Shown: positions 1 through 12,476 of the stretch, in pieces
Numbering within the stretch: position 1 is the stretch's first letter
Layout of the letters: the number at the start of each line of letters is the position of its first letter
Assembly: GCF_030028105.1 (NCBI RefSeq)
Contig: NC_092379.1
Location: 22,049,309-22,113,308, forward strand
Source: Mobula birostris
Taxonomy: Eukaryota
Length of the DNA stretch: 64,000 bases
Direction: 5' to 3'
The notes under the pieces: generated by a model
Told to the model about the DNA's origin: nothing
Databases searched by the model: none
Seen by the model: the letters and a program-made list of their open reading frames with translations, nothing else
Translations under genes and position numbers: made by a program

Positions 1-1000
1 GCAATCTCGTTTCTTGCCTTAAACTCGTTAGGTATACCTCTCGGCTGTCCTATACTGTCGATTTGGATCATTGGATCAGGTTCATATTTTAGCCTCTTCC
101 GCCGCAGTGTCTGCTGCTTCGGAGTGCCAAATTGTACCTCGGGATACTACAGCTTCTTGAATCAGCATAACTCGTGGTGTACATGTACCTGCCCAACTAA
201 GGGGAAGTGTGGAACTCAGGCCTTCCTCCATTCCATACAACCACCAAGTGTCCGCTAATGGAATGTCCTGGACATCCAACGCACCTTCCGGTGGAGGGGT
301 ACCTACTATGTATCTTCGGCCTGGGGTTACATACCAAGTCTGCACAAAGTTACCCCTAAAATGGCCAACCAAAAAAGCACCTGTCCGTGTAAAGCATTCA
401 TAATTCAAATGATCCTGCATTATCAGTTTTCCCACTATGGGGGTCTGACTTCTTTTACTAACAGTCCAGGGTCTGTTATAATTACATTTATGGGCGAGCA
501 CATTTTGATCGAATTGCAAGGAGGCTTGGGATAGCATACACCAATAAGGGCAATATGGGCTGTTATCAATACATTTCTGAGAACAAGGATCCATCCCGCT
601 ACAAATTCCCATGCTGCAAGTCTTGACTACACTTGGACAGTGCCACGCACACTGCCCCCTCTGCTCCTTTTGCCATTGTGTGCAGGTGGAGGGGTCATAA
701 GGCATGGGGGCTACGTGTTGCATGGGCTTCGCCCTGGAGCACAGATAACAATTCTGTCTCTCCATCATTCCTGCTGTGTATTGTGCCCATTGGTACCACT
801 GGCTAGAACGCGTCTGTTGCCACTGCAATGAGGTAACTGTTGTGCTCCGCTTACTCCTTTCTTTTAAGGTTTGCGGAGTCCTAACATTCCTATGTTATAT
901 CGGCCAAATTAATGGTTTCCAAGTCCATACAGGGGGTTTGTGGGTGTATCATACCAAGGGGCAAAACTGGTTGCTCCCAAGTCATCCTCACTGTCTGAAG
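1..1000 (-). pseudogene. env: ERV env fragment (SU region), frameshifted and truncated by the window edge
   Basis: ORF 82..828 has a CxxC motif (CYLC) and many Cys, preceded in frame by an RSKRS basic site. After a frameshift at the window start, DPMIQIDSIGQPRGIPNEFKARNEI resembles fish/bird ERV env as I recall it. 5' boundary approximate. Confidence 0.75.
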
Positions 1001-4000
1001 GAGTACTACTATCCACAACTCCATCCTTTGGGTCATCAGACGGGTTCTCAAACCCAAAAACTTCCCTTATGGTCTGATCAAACTCCTGTGGTACAGTGAC
1101 AACTTCTTGTTCCTCTTGTCTGTCCCCTGCTATCCGTTCCTCTTCACCACTTACCTTGGGCTTCACACCTGACTGTACCTGCGGGACTGCTCTGGTGCAG
1201 TGATTGAGGTGGTACCAGGTGGAGCGTCCCTCTACTTGAACTGCGGTGGGTGACGCCTTGGTTACCATAAAAGGCCCTTCCCTTCTTGGTTCGTTACACT
1301 TTCTTCGAAACGCTCGCACATAGACCTGATCTCCTGGCTTGATTGGTCTTTCCTTTTGCACGATCTCCGGCTCTTTCCGTTTTTCCTGTGCATTTATAGC
1401 CTTATGCAGCACGGTGAGTTGCTGCATGTATTGTTTTAGTTCTACTTCCAATTGTTCCAAGCTAGGCCCTTTATGTGGTCCTCTCCACTGGGGCACTGGC
1501 ATGGGCCTTCCGGTTAGCATTTCATGTGGTTAGACATGTCACTCGATTAGTTTGCATGCGGTAACTCATTAACGCTAATGGCAGTGCGTCAATCCAGTTG
1601 AGTTTAGTACCCACACAAATTTTATTTAGTTTGGTATTTAGAGTCCCGTTAATTCTTTCCACCATGCCCTGCGACTGAGGGTGATACACGCATCCAAACC
1701 TCTGCTTTATTCTTAGTGCTTGCAATACTAATTTGACCACTCTTTGGATAAACGCTGAACCATTGTCTGAGCTGACTTCTGTAGGTATTCCGAATCTTGG
1801 GATTCCTTCGTTTGTCAGGAATTTTACCACTGTTCCTGCCCCTTGATCTTTCGAGGGTACTGCCTCTACCCATCTACTGAATCTGTCAATTACTACTAAC
1901 ATGTATCTTTTCCCTCTTACTGTCCTTATCATGTCTACGTAGTCAATCACTAAATGTCTAAATGGCCCTTCGGGCACTGGTATATGACCTATTGGGGTTA
2001 TAATTCCTTTCCGAACATTATTCGGTGAACATACCTCGCACTGCGACAGCACATGGTCTACTGAAGCCTGTAAATAAGGTGACCAAAAACCCTCCTTTTT
2101 TATTTTCCTTATCACGTCCCTCCTTGCACAATGATCCATCCCATGCACATATGCCGAATCAGTATAAATGTCTACTTTCTCACCTTCCATCATTTCACAC
2201 ACTGCTGTCAAGGCTTTGATTTCCGCTAATTGAGCGGAACACGGTTGGGGGCAAGCTTCCATTCTAATAGTTTTTAAACTTGTCTGATCCTGCTGCACTA
2301 CTGAGAAACCTGCATGATTTCCATCATAATCCCTATAACAGGAGCCACCTACAAACAAAACCTTTTTATCTTCCTCTTCCAGTGGTTCGGATCGTAAATC
2401 TGCTCTCGATTTGGCAAATACCATTGTTTCCCTTACACAGTCATGGGTTTCTCCTTCATGACCCAAGGGGACGTAATCAGCTATATTACTGGTAGTACAT
2501 CTCTGTACAGTTATATCTGGAAATGTCAATAACATCTGATATGCTGTTATTCTGGCTAGTGTCAACACAAATTTACCTCTTTCCAGTAATTCTGTTACCT
2601 TGTGGTGTGTGTACAGGATCACAGGGTAGCCCATGGTCATGGATGATGCCTTTTCATAGGCATAGTATAATGCTGCTAATCCCTGATAAAGGGGGGGGGG
2701 GGGGGTACCCGAGCCACTTCATCCAATTTCGCACTATAGTATGCTATTGGTTGTTTTGCTTTTCCTGTGCCCGCCTCTTGTGTTAGAACCGCTGCGGCAT
2801 AGCCTTCCTGCCGGCTGGATACATACAAATGAAAGTCCTTTTCATAGTCAGGCAAAGCTAACGCTGGGGCTGACTGCAATTCCTGTTTAATAGTATTAAA
2901 CGCTATTTCTGCCTCCTCGTTCCACTGTAAGCCACATTTCACACTTGTATGTCCTGCCTCCTTCATTATTTTCCTTAATGGCATTACGATTTCAGCATAT
3001 TCCCCAATCCAATCTGAACTGTATCCTGTTAGTCTTAAAAGCGTCATCATCTGCTTTACTGTCTGGAGTTTAGGAGCTTTAGCTATTGCCACAATTTGAC
3101 TCGGCGCTATCGCCTTCATTCCCTTGGAGATTACCCTACCTAGGTATTCTACCTGTTGCTTACAGAATTGCAACTTCTTTTTGGATACCTTATGTCCCCC
3201 ATACGCCAGTCTTTCTGAAAGGGTTACGGTATCCTGTTCACACTGCTCCTCACTTTCGGAGCAAATTAACAAATCATCCACATACCGTATTAATGTACTT
3301 TCCAATTGTATACGCTCTAAGTCTGCCTTTAATACTTGATTAAAAATGTGCGGTGAGTGCTTAAATCCTTGTGGCATTCTGGTATAGGTATACTTGTTAC
3401 CTCTGTGTGTAAGTACAAATAAATACTGACACTGATCGGCCGGGGGAATGCTGAAGAAAGCTGAACACAAATCAATCACTGAAAAATAGCTTGATTCTGG
3501 CGGAACGTTAGTCAAAAGCGTGTGTGGGTTGGGGACTACGGCTGGCCAGTCCTCCACTACCTCATTTACCATTCGTAAATCATGTACCAGTCTCCATTTG
3601 GATTTGTCCGCTTTTAAGACGGGCAACAGCGGAGTATTACACGGACTATCTATCCTCTTAAGTACGCCTGCTTCGAGCAACCCCTGTATCGTGGGCGCTA
3701 TTCCCTCCTCTGCTTCTGGTCTTAGAGGGTATTGTGGTCTTCAGGGTGGAACTGCTCCCTTTTTCAGTTTTATTTCTACCGGACTTGCTGTTTTTATTCT
3801 CCCTACATCCATGTCATGTTGCGACCACAGAATAGATGGTAACTGATCTACCCTGTTATCTTTTCCCTGACCTTTCTCCTTTTACAACAGTGACATGTGC
3901 AGCTGAGGAATTACTTCGACCTCCTTTATAGTTCCTGTCATATCTATATCTACCATTATTTTGATGTAGTTATTGTCTCCCGATGCCCATACCTCCGGCA

Positions 4001-4767
4001 TGATTTTCCTCCAAACCATTACGGTTCTAGCGCGTTTTACTACGGATCCTAGGTCTAGAGACTGGTATCCTTCATTCACCAGCAATGTTATGTGGGGCAC
4101 AGCCTCCGGTATTCTATACCATTTCTCCAAGAAGGTATTCCACCTGACTTGTAGGGCTGCCCCTTGCTTTCCAATTATTATAGCCTCTCCTCTTAGGTGC
4201 TGCCGGGTACATGTCCCCTTGTGCCATCTCTCCTCTAACTCTTTACTGAGTCTCGTCAAAAATTACTGTGCAATGTAACTCAGACTTAGGCACTTCCACC
4301 TTGGGCAATATGGCCTGCACGCCCTTTTTCCATTTTTCCCAGGTTTCCCCGATCTGATCTTCTATGTCTCCTATCCAAAAAACATTAGCTTTCTTGATTT
4401 CCCGCACTAGTAACTGAGTATTCGCTCTTTCCACACTCAACCCATTTCCAGTGCATTCTAATTTTAATTCTAGTTTTAATAGTGCATCTCTGCCTAGCAA
4501 ATTCATCGGGGTTCCTTTGGACACTAATACTGGCAGAACTATTTTTTTACTGCCCATCCCCAACCGTACTGGAGCTGTATATTGTGTTAACTGTGTTTTC
4601 CCCGAGAACCCTACAGTCTTAAAAAATTTTCCTGACATGGGAAGGTGAAGTGCATACTGTGGCTGTACACAGGTATACGTGGCTCCGGTGTCTATCATCA
4701 TGGGTGTCAGTTGCCCTTCTAACATAACCTGAACAATGGGTTCCTCTTCCGCCTCCCTTGTTATCAC
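909..4767 (-). pseudogene. pol: ERV pro-pol, broken into 5 ORF pieces (protease 4243-4767, linker/2H 3882-4259, RT 2676-3680, RNase H/integrase 1522-2640, integrase C-terminus 909-1520)
   Basis: DTGA protease motif; RT motifs DLCSAFF, PQGFKHSP, YVDD; RNase H; integrase LVVIDRFSRW, SDNG, PQSQGMVER. There is an internal deletion between the RNase H end and the integrase zinc finger. Confidence 0.9.
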
Positions 4768-4799
4768 TGGGTAATGTCCCTTCCCACCTGGGTTCTCTG

Positions 4800-5900
4800 G
4801 GTACCCCTAGCATCTTGCATAGGGGTTCACGCGTCCACCTGAGCCTGTGGGGGCTGGTCCTTGGCTAACCTGCGGTTCCCTTCTCATCGGCCCCTGTTGG
4901 TACGTGACGGGCCATAACCTGAGTGGACAGTCTCTTCTCATATGTCCTGGCTGGTTACACCCCCAACACAGCCCCTCTATCTCTCTCTCTGTTTTTCCCC
5001 TTCAAAGAACTCCTCTTCTCTCCCCTGTCTACACTCTCTTATACCCTCATACTCATTACTTGACTCTTGCTCTTCTGATAAATCATCTTCTTTTTCAGCC
5101 TTTTCAGTGTTGTGTTCCTATAACAGGAATTCCTCCTGAATTTTCCTCAGCCTCAATTCCTGCAACTCTTTGATACGCTCTCTTATTATCTTACTTTCTC
5201 GTTCTACTTTTTTCTTATCTTCCTGCATCTCCTTCCACAGTGCCCCTCTCTCCTCCTCATATTTCCTTCTTTCCTCCTCGGCCTCCCAGACTTTAAACTT
5301 TCCCTCCAGTTCTAGTTCTCCTGTTAATACAGGGCACTGTTTAAGAGTCTCCTTCTCCTAATAACGGGGAGGGGTTTCTACATTTCTCAGGTCTGGGTAT
5401 AGAGTCGGCTCTTTATTCGGTTTCTCCTGTGATTTACCAAACTGCTTTTCTTGTTTCTCAGTGTCTTCTTTACTTGCTATTGATATTCGTCCTTTCCTTC
5501 TCAATCTTTCTCCCTCCATCCTAAAGAGTTTTAACACTTCTATCTCCTGTTTTCTTTTTTTCTCCCTTTTTCAGATTTATCTCTTGGTTTATAATTTTTA
5601 GTCAGCGCCTCCATTTCCTGACATAAACTTACATCAAATGTTCCTTCTTTCGGCCACTTCGTGACCAGCTTTTTGGTTCTTTTTTCCCATTTTTCTGAAA
5701 TTTCCACGATCTTACCTTGACACACCGGGAATATTCTACTCAATATTTCTACTGCTGTTCCTTTCCCTGTCATATTGTTCTTCCCCTTTTTAAGGTATTC
5801 TTGGCGTCTCATACCAAAGTAATACTATTTTCTGTTACCTATTTTCTTTCTAGCCTTATGGTTTCTTCTCACCCGCGTCTAAATTATCTACTTAAGCTAT
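4800..5900 (-). pseudogene. gag: ERV gag remnant (matrix-like N-terminus, late-domain-like PTLYPDL and PPRY, coiled-coil, CCHC knuckle)
   Basis: ORF 5540..5812 is matrix-like (KWPKEGTFD). Manual minus-strand translation gives PTLYPDLRNVETPPRY near 5360-5410 and CX2CX4HX4C near 4930-4975. Boundaries approximate. Confidence 0.7.
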
Positions 5901-6428
5901 CCTTATCTTTTATTCTGTTCTGCCCGTGCAGACCCCTTTCTCGGGCAGTATCTGCAGAACCTTCTTTTTGCACCTCGCCTATTCAGACCCTTAACTTTTC
6001 TTAAGGCGGTATTCATGAGGATTTTCTCTTTTCTTTCTTTCCCTGTCCGTTCAGACCTTCGTCTCGTACGAAGCGGCATCCAGAGGGACTTACCAACAGC
6101 ACGTGGAATTTTCCTCACTTAACTTCTTATTACTTTATTCATACTTACCCCCCTCACTGCAGTGTTCTTGATTAATCCTCCGAGCCTCCTTTTTAACCCT
6201 CAATTCTGCCAGATTCTTTGAATCGGAGAGACCCTTCGGCAGTTGTTTCACACTTCTCAGTCCCCGAGATCTCCCCAAAAACCAACAGAATTCTTAGTCC
6301 AAATTGTGGCTAAGAAGCACTTACCTTTGTTCGGGTGCACTCTGAATTCTGTTAGCTCTGTGGAGGTCCCCCAGGGACCGGGAAGCGCCCTCAATTTGCT
6401 GTTTCATTCTTCCACGGGTCTCCTCCCG

Positions 6429-6447
6429 ATCCTGCTCGACTACACCA
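6429..6447 (-). promoter_or_regulatory. ERV primer-binding site, tRNA-Ser-like
   Basis: Minus strand reads TGGTGTAGTCGAGCAGGAT, close to the complement of the tRNA-Ser 3' end (TGGCGTAGTCGGCAGGAT), 4 nt inside the LTR. Confidence 0.75.
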
Positions 6448-6451
6448 GTTT

Positions 6452-6902
6452 TGTCGTGGTTTTACAAAGGACAAGGAAGCGCCGAAGATTCTTCAAGAGA
6501 TGTTTAAACTTTAATTTGCAAAGTAAAGCTGAGACAGACAGTGGACTAGGCTGTGTAAGTCTGTCACTGACTGTCCATTTTTCGTTTTCACACAACATTC
6601 TTTATAGCCCCCTTCTGCGTTAACAGCATTACTCTAGCTAATAAATCAATTACTCTTATCTCTCTTGCTTAGCTACATTCGTTTTTCTCGAGGGGTTAAG
6701 AGTACACAGGTTTCATTCAATCGTTATATCCCAAATACCACAGCAATCCCACACACTCAGTAACAGACACTTAATGCATTGTAAAGGCGTGGTCAATATC
6801 TGAATAAACACCGGATACGCAATAAAAACATACTTAAAAGAACACTTAGAAAACAGAGTTAAAATGTTTTCCCACACTCCAAGACCTGTCTGTTCCACAA
6901 CA
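6452..6902 (-). repeat. ERV 5' LTR (~451 bp)
   Basis: Minus strand begins TGTTGTGG and ends CCACGACA (near-perfect terminal inverted repeat). TATAAA near 6600-6605 and ATTAAA near 6510-6515 on the minus strand; abuts the PBS. Confidence 0.75.
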
Positions 6903-7099
6903 CCCTTCAGGACCCTATTGTTCACTGTGGAAGTCCTACCTGGTTTAACTTTTCAAAGTATTACACCTTGAACTTCCCTGTATATAACTCTTTTTGCCAC
7001 TTTTCAGTCCACTTATTCAGCGGAACAAGATCCCACTATAACTTTGATAACCTTCACTCTTGACTTTACCACTTATTTTTCAGCGGACTACAATCAGTG

Positions 7100-10000
7100 T
7101 GAGCGGTCATTCACTGGGGATACAGCGCAAGGTTTAAAAAGAGCTCAGGTGTTTTCAGGACTTTACAATGGTTCATAACCAGCACAAGATGTCATTCGTT
7201 GGTGATGCAGTGCAAGGTTTAAAAAGAGATCAGATGCTTTTGGAACTTTATGGTGGGCTGCAATCCATGTGAAAGGTCATTCGAGGGTGACACAGTGCAA
7301 GGTTTAAAAAGTGCTCAGGTTTTTTTGGGACTGCAGTCAATACAATCGATTAGGCACTCGGCAGGGATGAATAAAAAGAAGCAAGGTGAAAGTGGAGTGG
7401 CCATTGTGTGAGTGAACAGTGTTAGAGTGGTCAGGTTTGATGAAACAGGCTTCCTTGAAAACTGGTTTGGGCAAACACAGTTCTAAGTAAGTTAATAGTA
7501 AGCATATTTTTTCTGTTAGTACACAGCCAGTTCTCTGACAATGGGTCCAGAGTTAATGAGATGTTCCTTCTGTAAGATGTGGAAACTTTGGGAGGCCTCC
7601 TGTCTCCCTGAGAACTACATCGGCATGAAGTGCACTGGGCTGCAGCTCCTCAGAGAAATTGGGTTAAGGAACTGGAGCTGCAGCTTGATGACCTTTGGTT
7701 CAAATGGGAAAATGAGGAAGTGATAGATAAGAGCCACCGGGAGGTAGTCACCCCTAAGTTGCAGGAGGCAGATACTTGGGTGACTGTCAGGAGAGGGAAA
7801 GGGAATAGGTAGCCAGTTCAGAGTACCCCTGTGGCCATTCACCTCAATAATAGGTATACTGCTTTGGATACAGTTGGAGGGGATGACCTACCAGTGCGCA
7901 GCCACAGCAAGATGTTCTCTGGCACTGAGTCTGTCCCAATGGCTCAGAAGGGATGATGGGGGTGTGGAAGGGGAGTGCAGCAGTTATTGACTATGGAATC
8001 CCCTGAGGAGCAGACAGCAGATTCTATGGATGTGAAAGAGACACACAGATGGTGTTGCTTCACAGGTGCCAGGGTCAGGGACGTCTCGGATCAGGTCAGG
8101 AGCATTCCAAAGGGGGAGGGTGAACAGCTGGAAGACATGGTATATATTAGTACCAAAGACATAGGTAGGAAAAGGGAGGAGGTCCTGAAGAGAGAATATA
8201 GGGAGTTAGATGGAAAGCTGAAGAACTGGACCTCCAGGATAGTAATCACTAGATTCCTGCTTGTGCCATGCACCAGTGAGGGTAACAATAGGATGAGTTG
8301 GCAGAAGAATTGGTGCAGGGGCAGTGTTTCAGATTTCTGGAACATTGTGATCTCTTCTGGGGAATGTAAGACCTGTACAAAAAGGACAGGTTACACCTAA
8401 ACCGAGGGGGTCCAATATCCTTGCAGGCAAGTTTGCTAGAGCTGTTCGAGAGGGTTAAAACTAATTTGGCAGGGGATGGGAACCAGAGTGATAGGGCTGA
8501 GGATGGGGCACTTGAAGTCATGTGAAAGTGTAACAGGGGCCAAAATCAAAATGAGTGATGAATACAGGACTGAAGGTGTTATATTGGAATGCACACAGTA
8601 TATGGAATAAGGTAACACTCACAACACGCTGGGATACATGCCAGTCCTGACGAAGAGTTCCAGCCCGAAACGTGGACTGATCTTTTCCACGGATGCTGCC
8701 CGACCTGCTGAGCTCATCCAGCGTGTTGTGAGTGTTGTTTTGACCACAGCATCTGCAGATTATTTTGTGCTTATATGGAATAAGGTCTTGTAGTACATTT
8801 AGAGAGTGGCAGGTATGTCGTTCTGAGCATCACTGAGTCGTGGCTGAAAGAAGATCTTAGTTGGGAGCTTAACATCCAAAGATACACATAGTATCAAAAG
8901 GATAGGCAGGTAGGCAGAGGGGATGAGGTGGTTCCGTTGATGAATATCTGTTATCTGTCAAGTAGGGGACCGTGCACAATCCTGATTTGATGGAGACAGA
9001 CGTGAGAGTACGGAGGAACATCTGGAAATCTTCTGAAATTCCCGCTTCGCTACCATTGCTACTGTGTGGTAACCAGAATCGCGGGAGCAGAAGGCCCCAA
9101 AATCCACGGCTTTGCTTGTTTCAGTGGCCGGGGCGAGTTTGAAGGCGCTTGGCAGAGGATGGCGCTCAGCAGGCTGTATCGGAGGGGCTGGTCAGAGGCT
9201 CGAAGTTGACTCAGGAGTCGATCGACTCGGGGACTTCTGAGACTTTTTTTTACCGTGTCCATGGTTTGTTCTTCATCAAATTATGGTATTGTTTTCCACT
9301 GCTGTAACTGTATGTTATAATTACGTGGTTCTGTTAGTGTTAGTCTTTGGTTTGTCCTGCTTTCTGTGATATCACTCCGGAGAAACATTGTATCATTTCT
9401 TAATGCATGTATACATTTCTAAATGACAATAAAAGAGGACTGAGTGTTCTCATAATCTAAAAAAAAATGAAATCAAATCCCTATAAAGAGGTGCCATAGT
9501 ATGGGAAGATGTAGTATCATTGTAGGCAGAGTTATGAAACTGCAAGGGTAAAAAGATCCTAATGGGAGTTATTCACAGGCCTCTGAACAGCAGCCAGGAT
9601 GACGGCTACACATTACATTGGGAGACAGGAAAGTCATGTAAAAAGGGGAAAGTTACAATACCCATGGGGATTTTAATATGTAGGTAGATTGGGAAAATGA
9701 AGATTGTGCTGGATCCCAAGAGAAGAAATTTGTAGAATGCCTATGAGATTGTTTTTAGAGCAGCTTGTGGTTGACTCAAAAGTGGAACAGGAATTCTGGA
9801 TTGGGTGCAAGGTAATGAACTAGAATTGATTTGGGAGCTTAAGGTAAAGGAGCACTTAGGAGTAAGTGATCATAATATAATGAAATTCAGCCTGCAGTTT
9901 GAAAAGGAGAAGCTAAAATCAGTATTACACTGGAGTAAAGGGAATTAAAGACACATGAGAGAGGACCTGGCCACAGTTGATTTGAAGGGGTCAGTAACAG

Positions 10001-10860
10001 GTGTGATGGCAGAACTGCAATGGCTGGAGTTTCTGGGAGAAATGTGGAAGGCACAGAAAAGTTGCATCCCAAGGATGAAGAAGTATTCTGAAGGGAGGAT
10101 GAGACAACATAGCTATCAAATGAAGTCAAGGACAGCAAAAAGGAAAAGACAGGGCATATAATATAGCCAAAACAAACAGAAGGCTTCCTATCTGGCATGT
10201 GCTATATGTAGCTTGCACTGTTATGACTGTTGGTACTGTGTTTTACACCTTGGCTCCGCAGAAATGCTGCTTTGTTTGTCTGTATTGATGGGCATTCATG
10301 CCCAGATGAATGATAATAAATTTGAACTTAAATTTGAAGGCAACTATAAAAGGAGATAAAGACAGAAGAGATGAAATATGAAGGTAAGCAAGACAATAAC
10401 ATAAAAGACGATGCCAACATTTTATTCAGATATGTATCAAGTCAGTGAGAGACCAGAGTGGATATCAGACCACTGGAAAATTGTGCTGGAGAGGTAGCAA
10501 AGTGGGACAAAGAAATAGCAGGTGAACTTAGTAAATATTTTGTGTCAGTCTTCACTGTGGAAATCACCAGCAGAATGCTAGAAATGCAAGAGTGTCAGGG
10601 GGCAGAAGTGAGTGTCATTTCTATTACTAAGGAGAAGGTGCTTGGGATGCTGAAAAGTCTGAAGGCACTTAAGTAGCCTGGATGAGATGGACAACACCTC
10701 AGGGCTCTGAGCGAGGTAGCTGAAGAGACTGTGGAGGCATTAGTAATGATCTTTGAACAATCACTAGATTCTGAAATGGTTCCAGAGGACTGAAAATTAC
10801 AAATGTCACTCCACTTTTAAAGAAGGCACAGAGGCAGAAGAAAGGAAATCACATGCCAGA
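7100..10860 (+). mobile_element. Degraded CR1-type LINE (repetitive 5' region, ORF1 zinc-finger/esterase remnant, ORF2 endonuclease fragments) with nested SINE insertions
   Basis: ORF 7541 CSFCKMW..C..C, ORF 7975 esterase-like, and ORF2-like fragments at 10458-10676. Roughly 88-bp repeated units at 7100-7330. Boundaries approximate. Confidence 0.7.
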
Positions 10861-12040
10861 TAGTTTATGGTTAGTGCAGGCACAGTAGTTAATGGTTCGT
10901 ACAGACTCGGTGGTTAATGGTTAGTACAGACTCAGTGTGATGATGGGCCTGTTTCTGTGCTGTGTCTCTCTATCTGCACAGGAAACAGTACAGACCGAGT
11001 ACGGAAGCCCTTGTAAGTGTCCCCGGGACTAACCATCAAGAGAGGTAAGTGTGACCCCACTGCAATCTGAAGGGGAATGCAGACCTGAATCCCCAGTGAT
11101 TGATGTTCTTTCCCAGACACTGTCTACCTCACTGTTTTCTGATTTTATTTTCTGCACACTTGCACATTCTAATACAAAATGTGACTTCCTTGGGACTCAG
11201 CCCCCGTTCATCATCAAGAACTTTTGTGGCTCATTTGTGGACATGGTTGGTCTGCAATGCAAAACAATTGGACAATTTTATCCAAAAGCAACCACTTGCA
11301 TTTACAGTGTGGCCTTAATATAGGAAATCATCAGAAGGTGTTTCACAGGAGCATAAATGAGACGTCAGGTCATAGAAGGAGAGGGAATGGCAGGTGAGGA
11401 AGTGTCTGGTCAGAGGAGGAATCTGGAAGCAATGCCTCAGTCCAATAGGATGATGTGCTGAAATGGTTTGCACCACAATTTACTCACTCACTGAGACGTC
11501 AGACACAGAGAGATGGAAGAGTACAGGGAACCGAAATGACATCCATAAGATAGATTTAAATTAAAGAGGAAGAGAAAGACACAGTACTGCAGGTTTAAAT
11601 TCATTAGAATGAATCTGTGGGCTTTGTAGAGGAAGCCCCTCAGACAGAGTAATTGACAGTAGGACTGAACTCCCATATGAAGGAGAGTGAAAGGAAACTC
11701 CAGAATAATTTTAGAATGATTTCATGGCAAAAAATCAGTAAAGTTCATGTAAATTATTTAATTCATTTATTTATTGGCAAACAGTATAGAATAGGCCCTT
11801 CTGGCCCTTCGAGCCACACTGCCCAGGAAACCCGATTTAATCCTAGTGTAATCACAGCACAATTTACAATGACTAATTAAAGTACCAACTGGTATGTCTT
11901 TGGACTGTGAGAGGAAACTGGAGTACCCGGTGGAAACCCACACATTCTCGGGGAGAAATTACAAATTCCTTACAGGCAGCGACAGGAATTGAACCCCAGG
12001 TCACCTGCACAGGAAAGCATTCTGCTAACCACTACACTAC

Positions 12041-12476
12041 TGTGGAAGTGGAATCTGGATAAAGTCACTCAGAGACCGTATAAGTCCAAATTCTTTATTT
12101 AAAGCACCCGGGGCTTACTCAGTTAGTCATCCAAACAGGAACAGTCCACCAACTAACTCACAATTCCCCTTACAACATGGGTATATTCATTCAGATACCC
12201 CTACACATGACAGGCTGGAGTCAAACTTATCTGCTACATGACATTCCTGAAAGATAAATTACAGAATAGGCAAAAGGTCTCATACACAGAACAGGCTGGT
12301 CTTATCTCTGCACCAAATTGCACAAGGACAAGGACCCTGAAACACTAGCTGGCTAACTTCGAGAAGAAATATTGATCAGCATTGAATAGCACATCTGTCG
12401 ATCATCAACGGATTCTTTCAGAGAAAACAGCCTGCTATGCTTAACAGACCATGTTAACCCTTTACATACTTCACCA
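12041..12476 (-). mobile_element. Solo LTR (436 bp) inserted into a tRNA-derived SINE
   Basis: TG...CA termini; 4-bp target-site duplication CTAC at 12037-12040 and 12477-12480; AATAAA on the minus strand near 12095. The flanks rejoin into the SINE head (TGCTAACCACTAC...CATGCCGCCC). Confidence 0.8.

Larger units (their letters stand above)
1..6902 (-). mobile_element. Degraded endogenous retrovirus (fish-type class I, ZFERV/SSSV-like): 5' LTR-PBS-gag-pro-2H-RT-RNaseH-IN-env; the 3' end runs off the window
   Basis: Minus-strand ORF fragments in retroviral order: zinc knuckle CWGCNQPGHMRRDC (~4930-4975), protease MIDTGA, RT YVDD, RNase H YTDSAY, integrase with D,D(35)E-type core, env-like Cys-rich ORF. 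Multiple frameshifts and stops. Confidence 0.9.
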
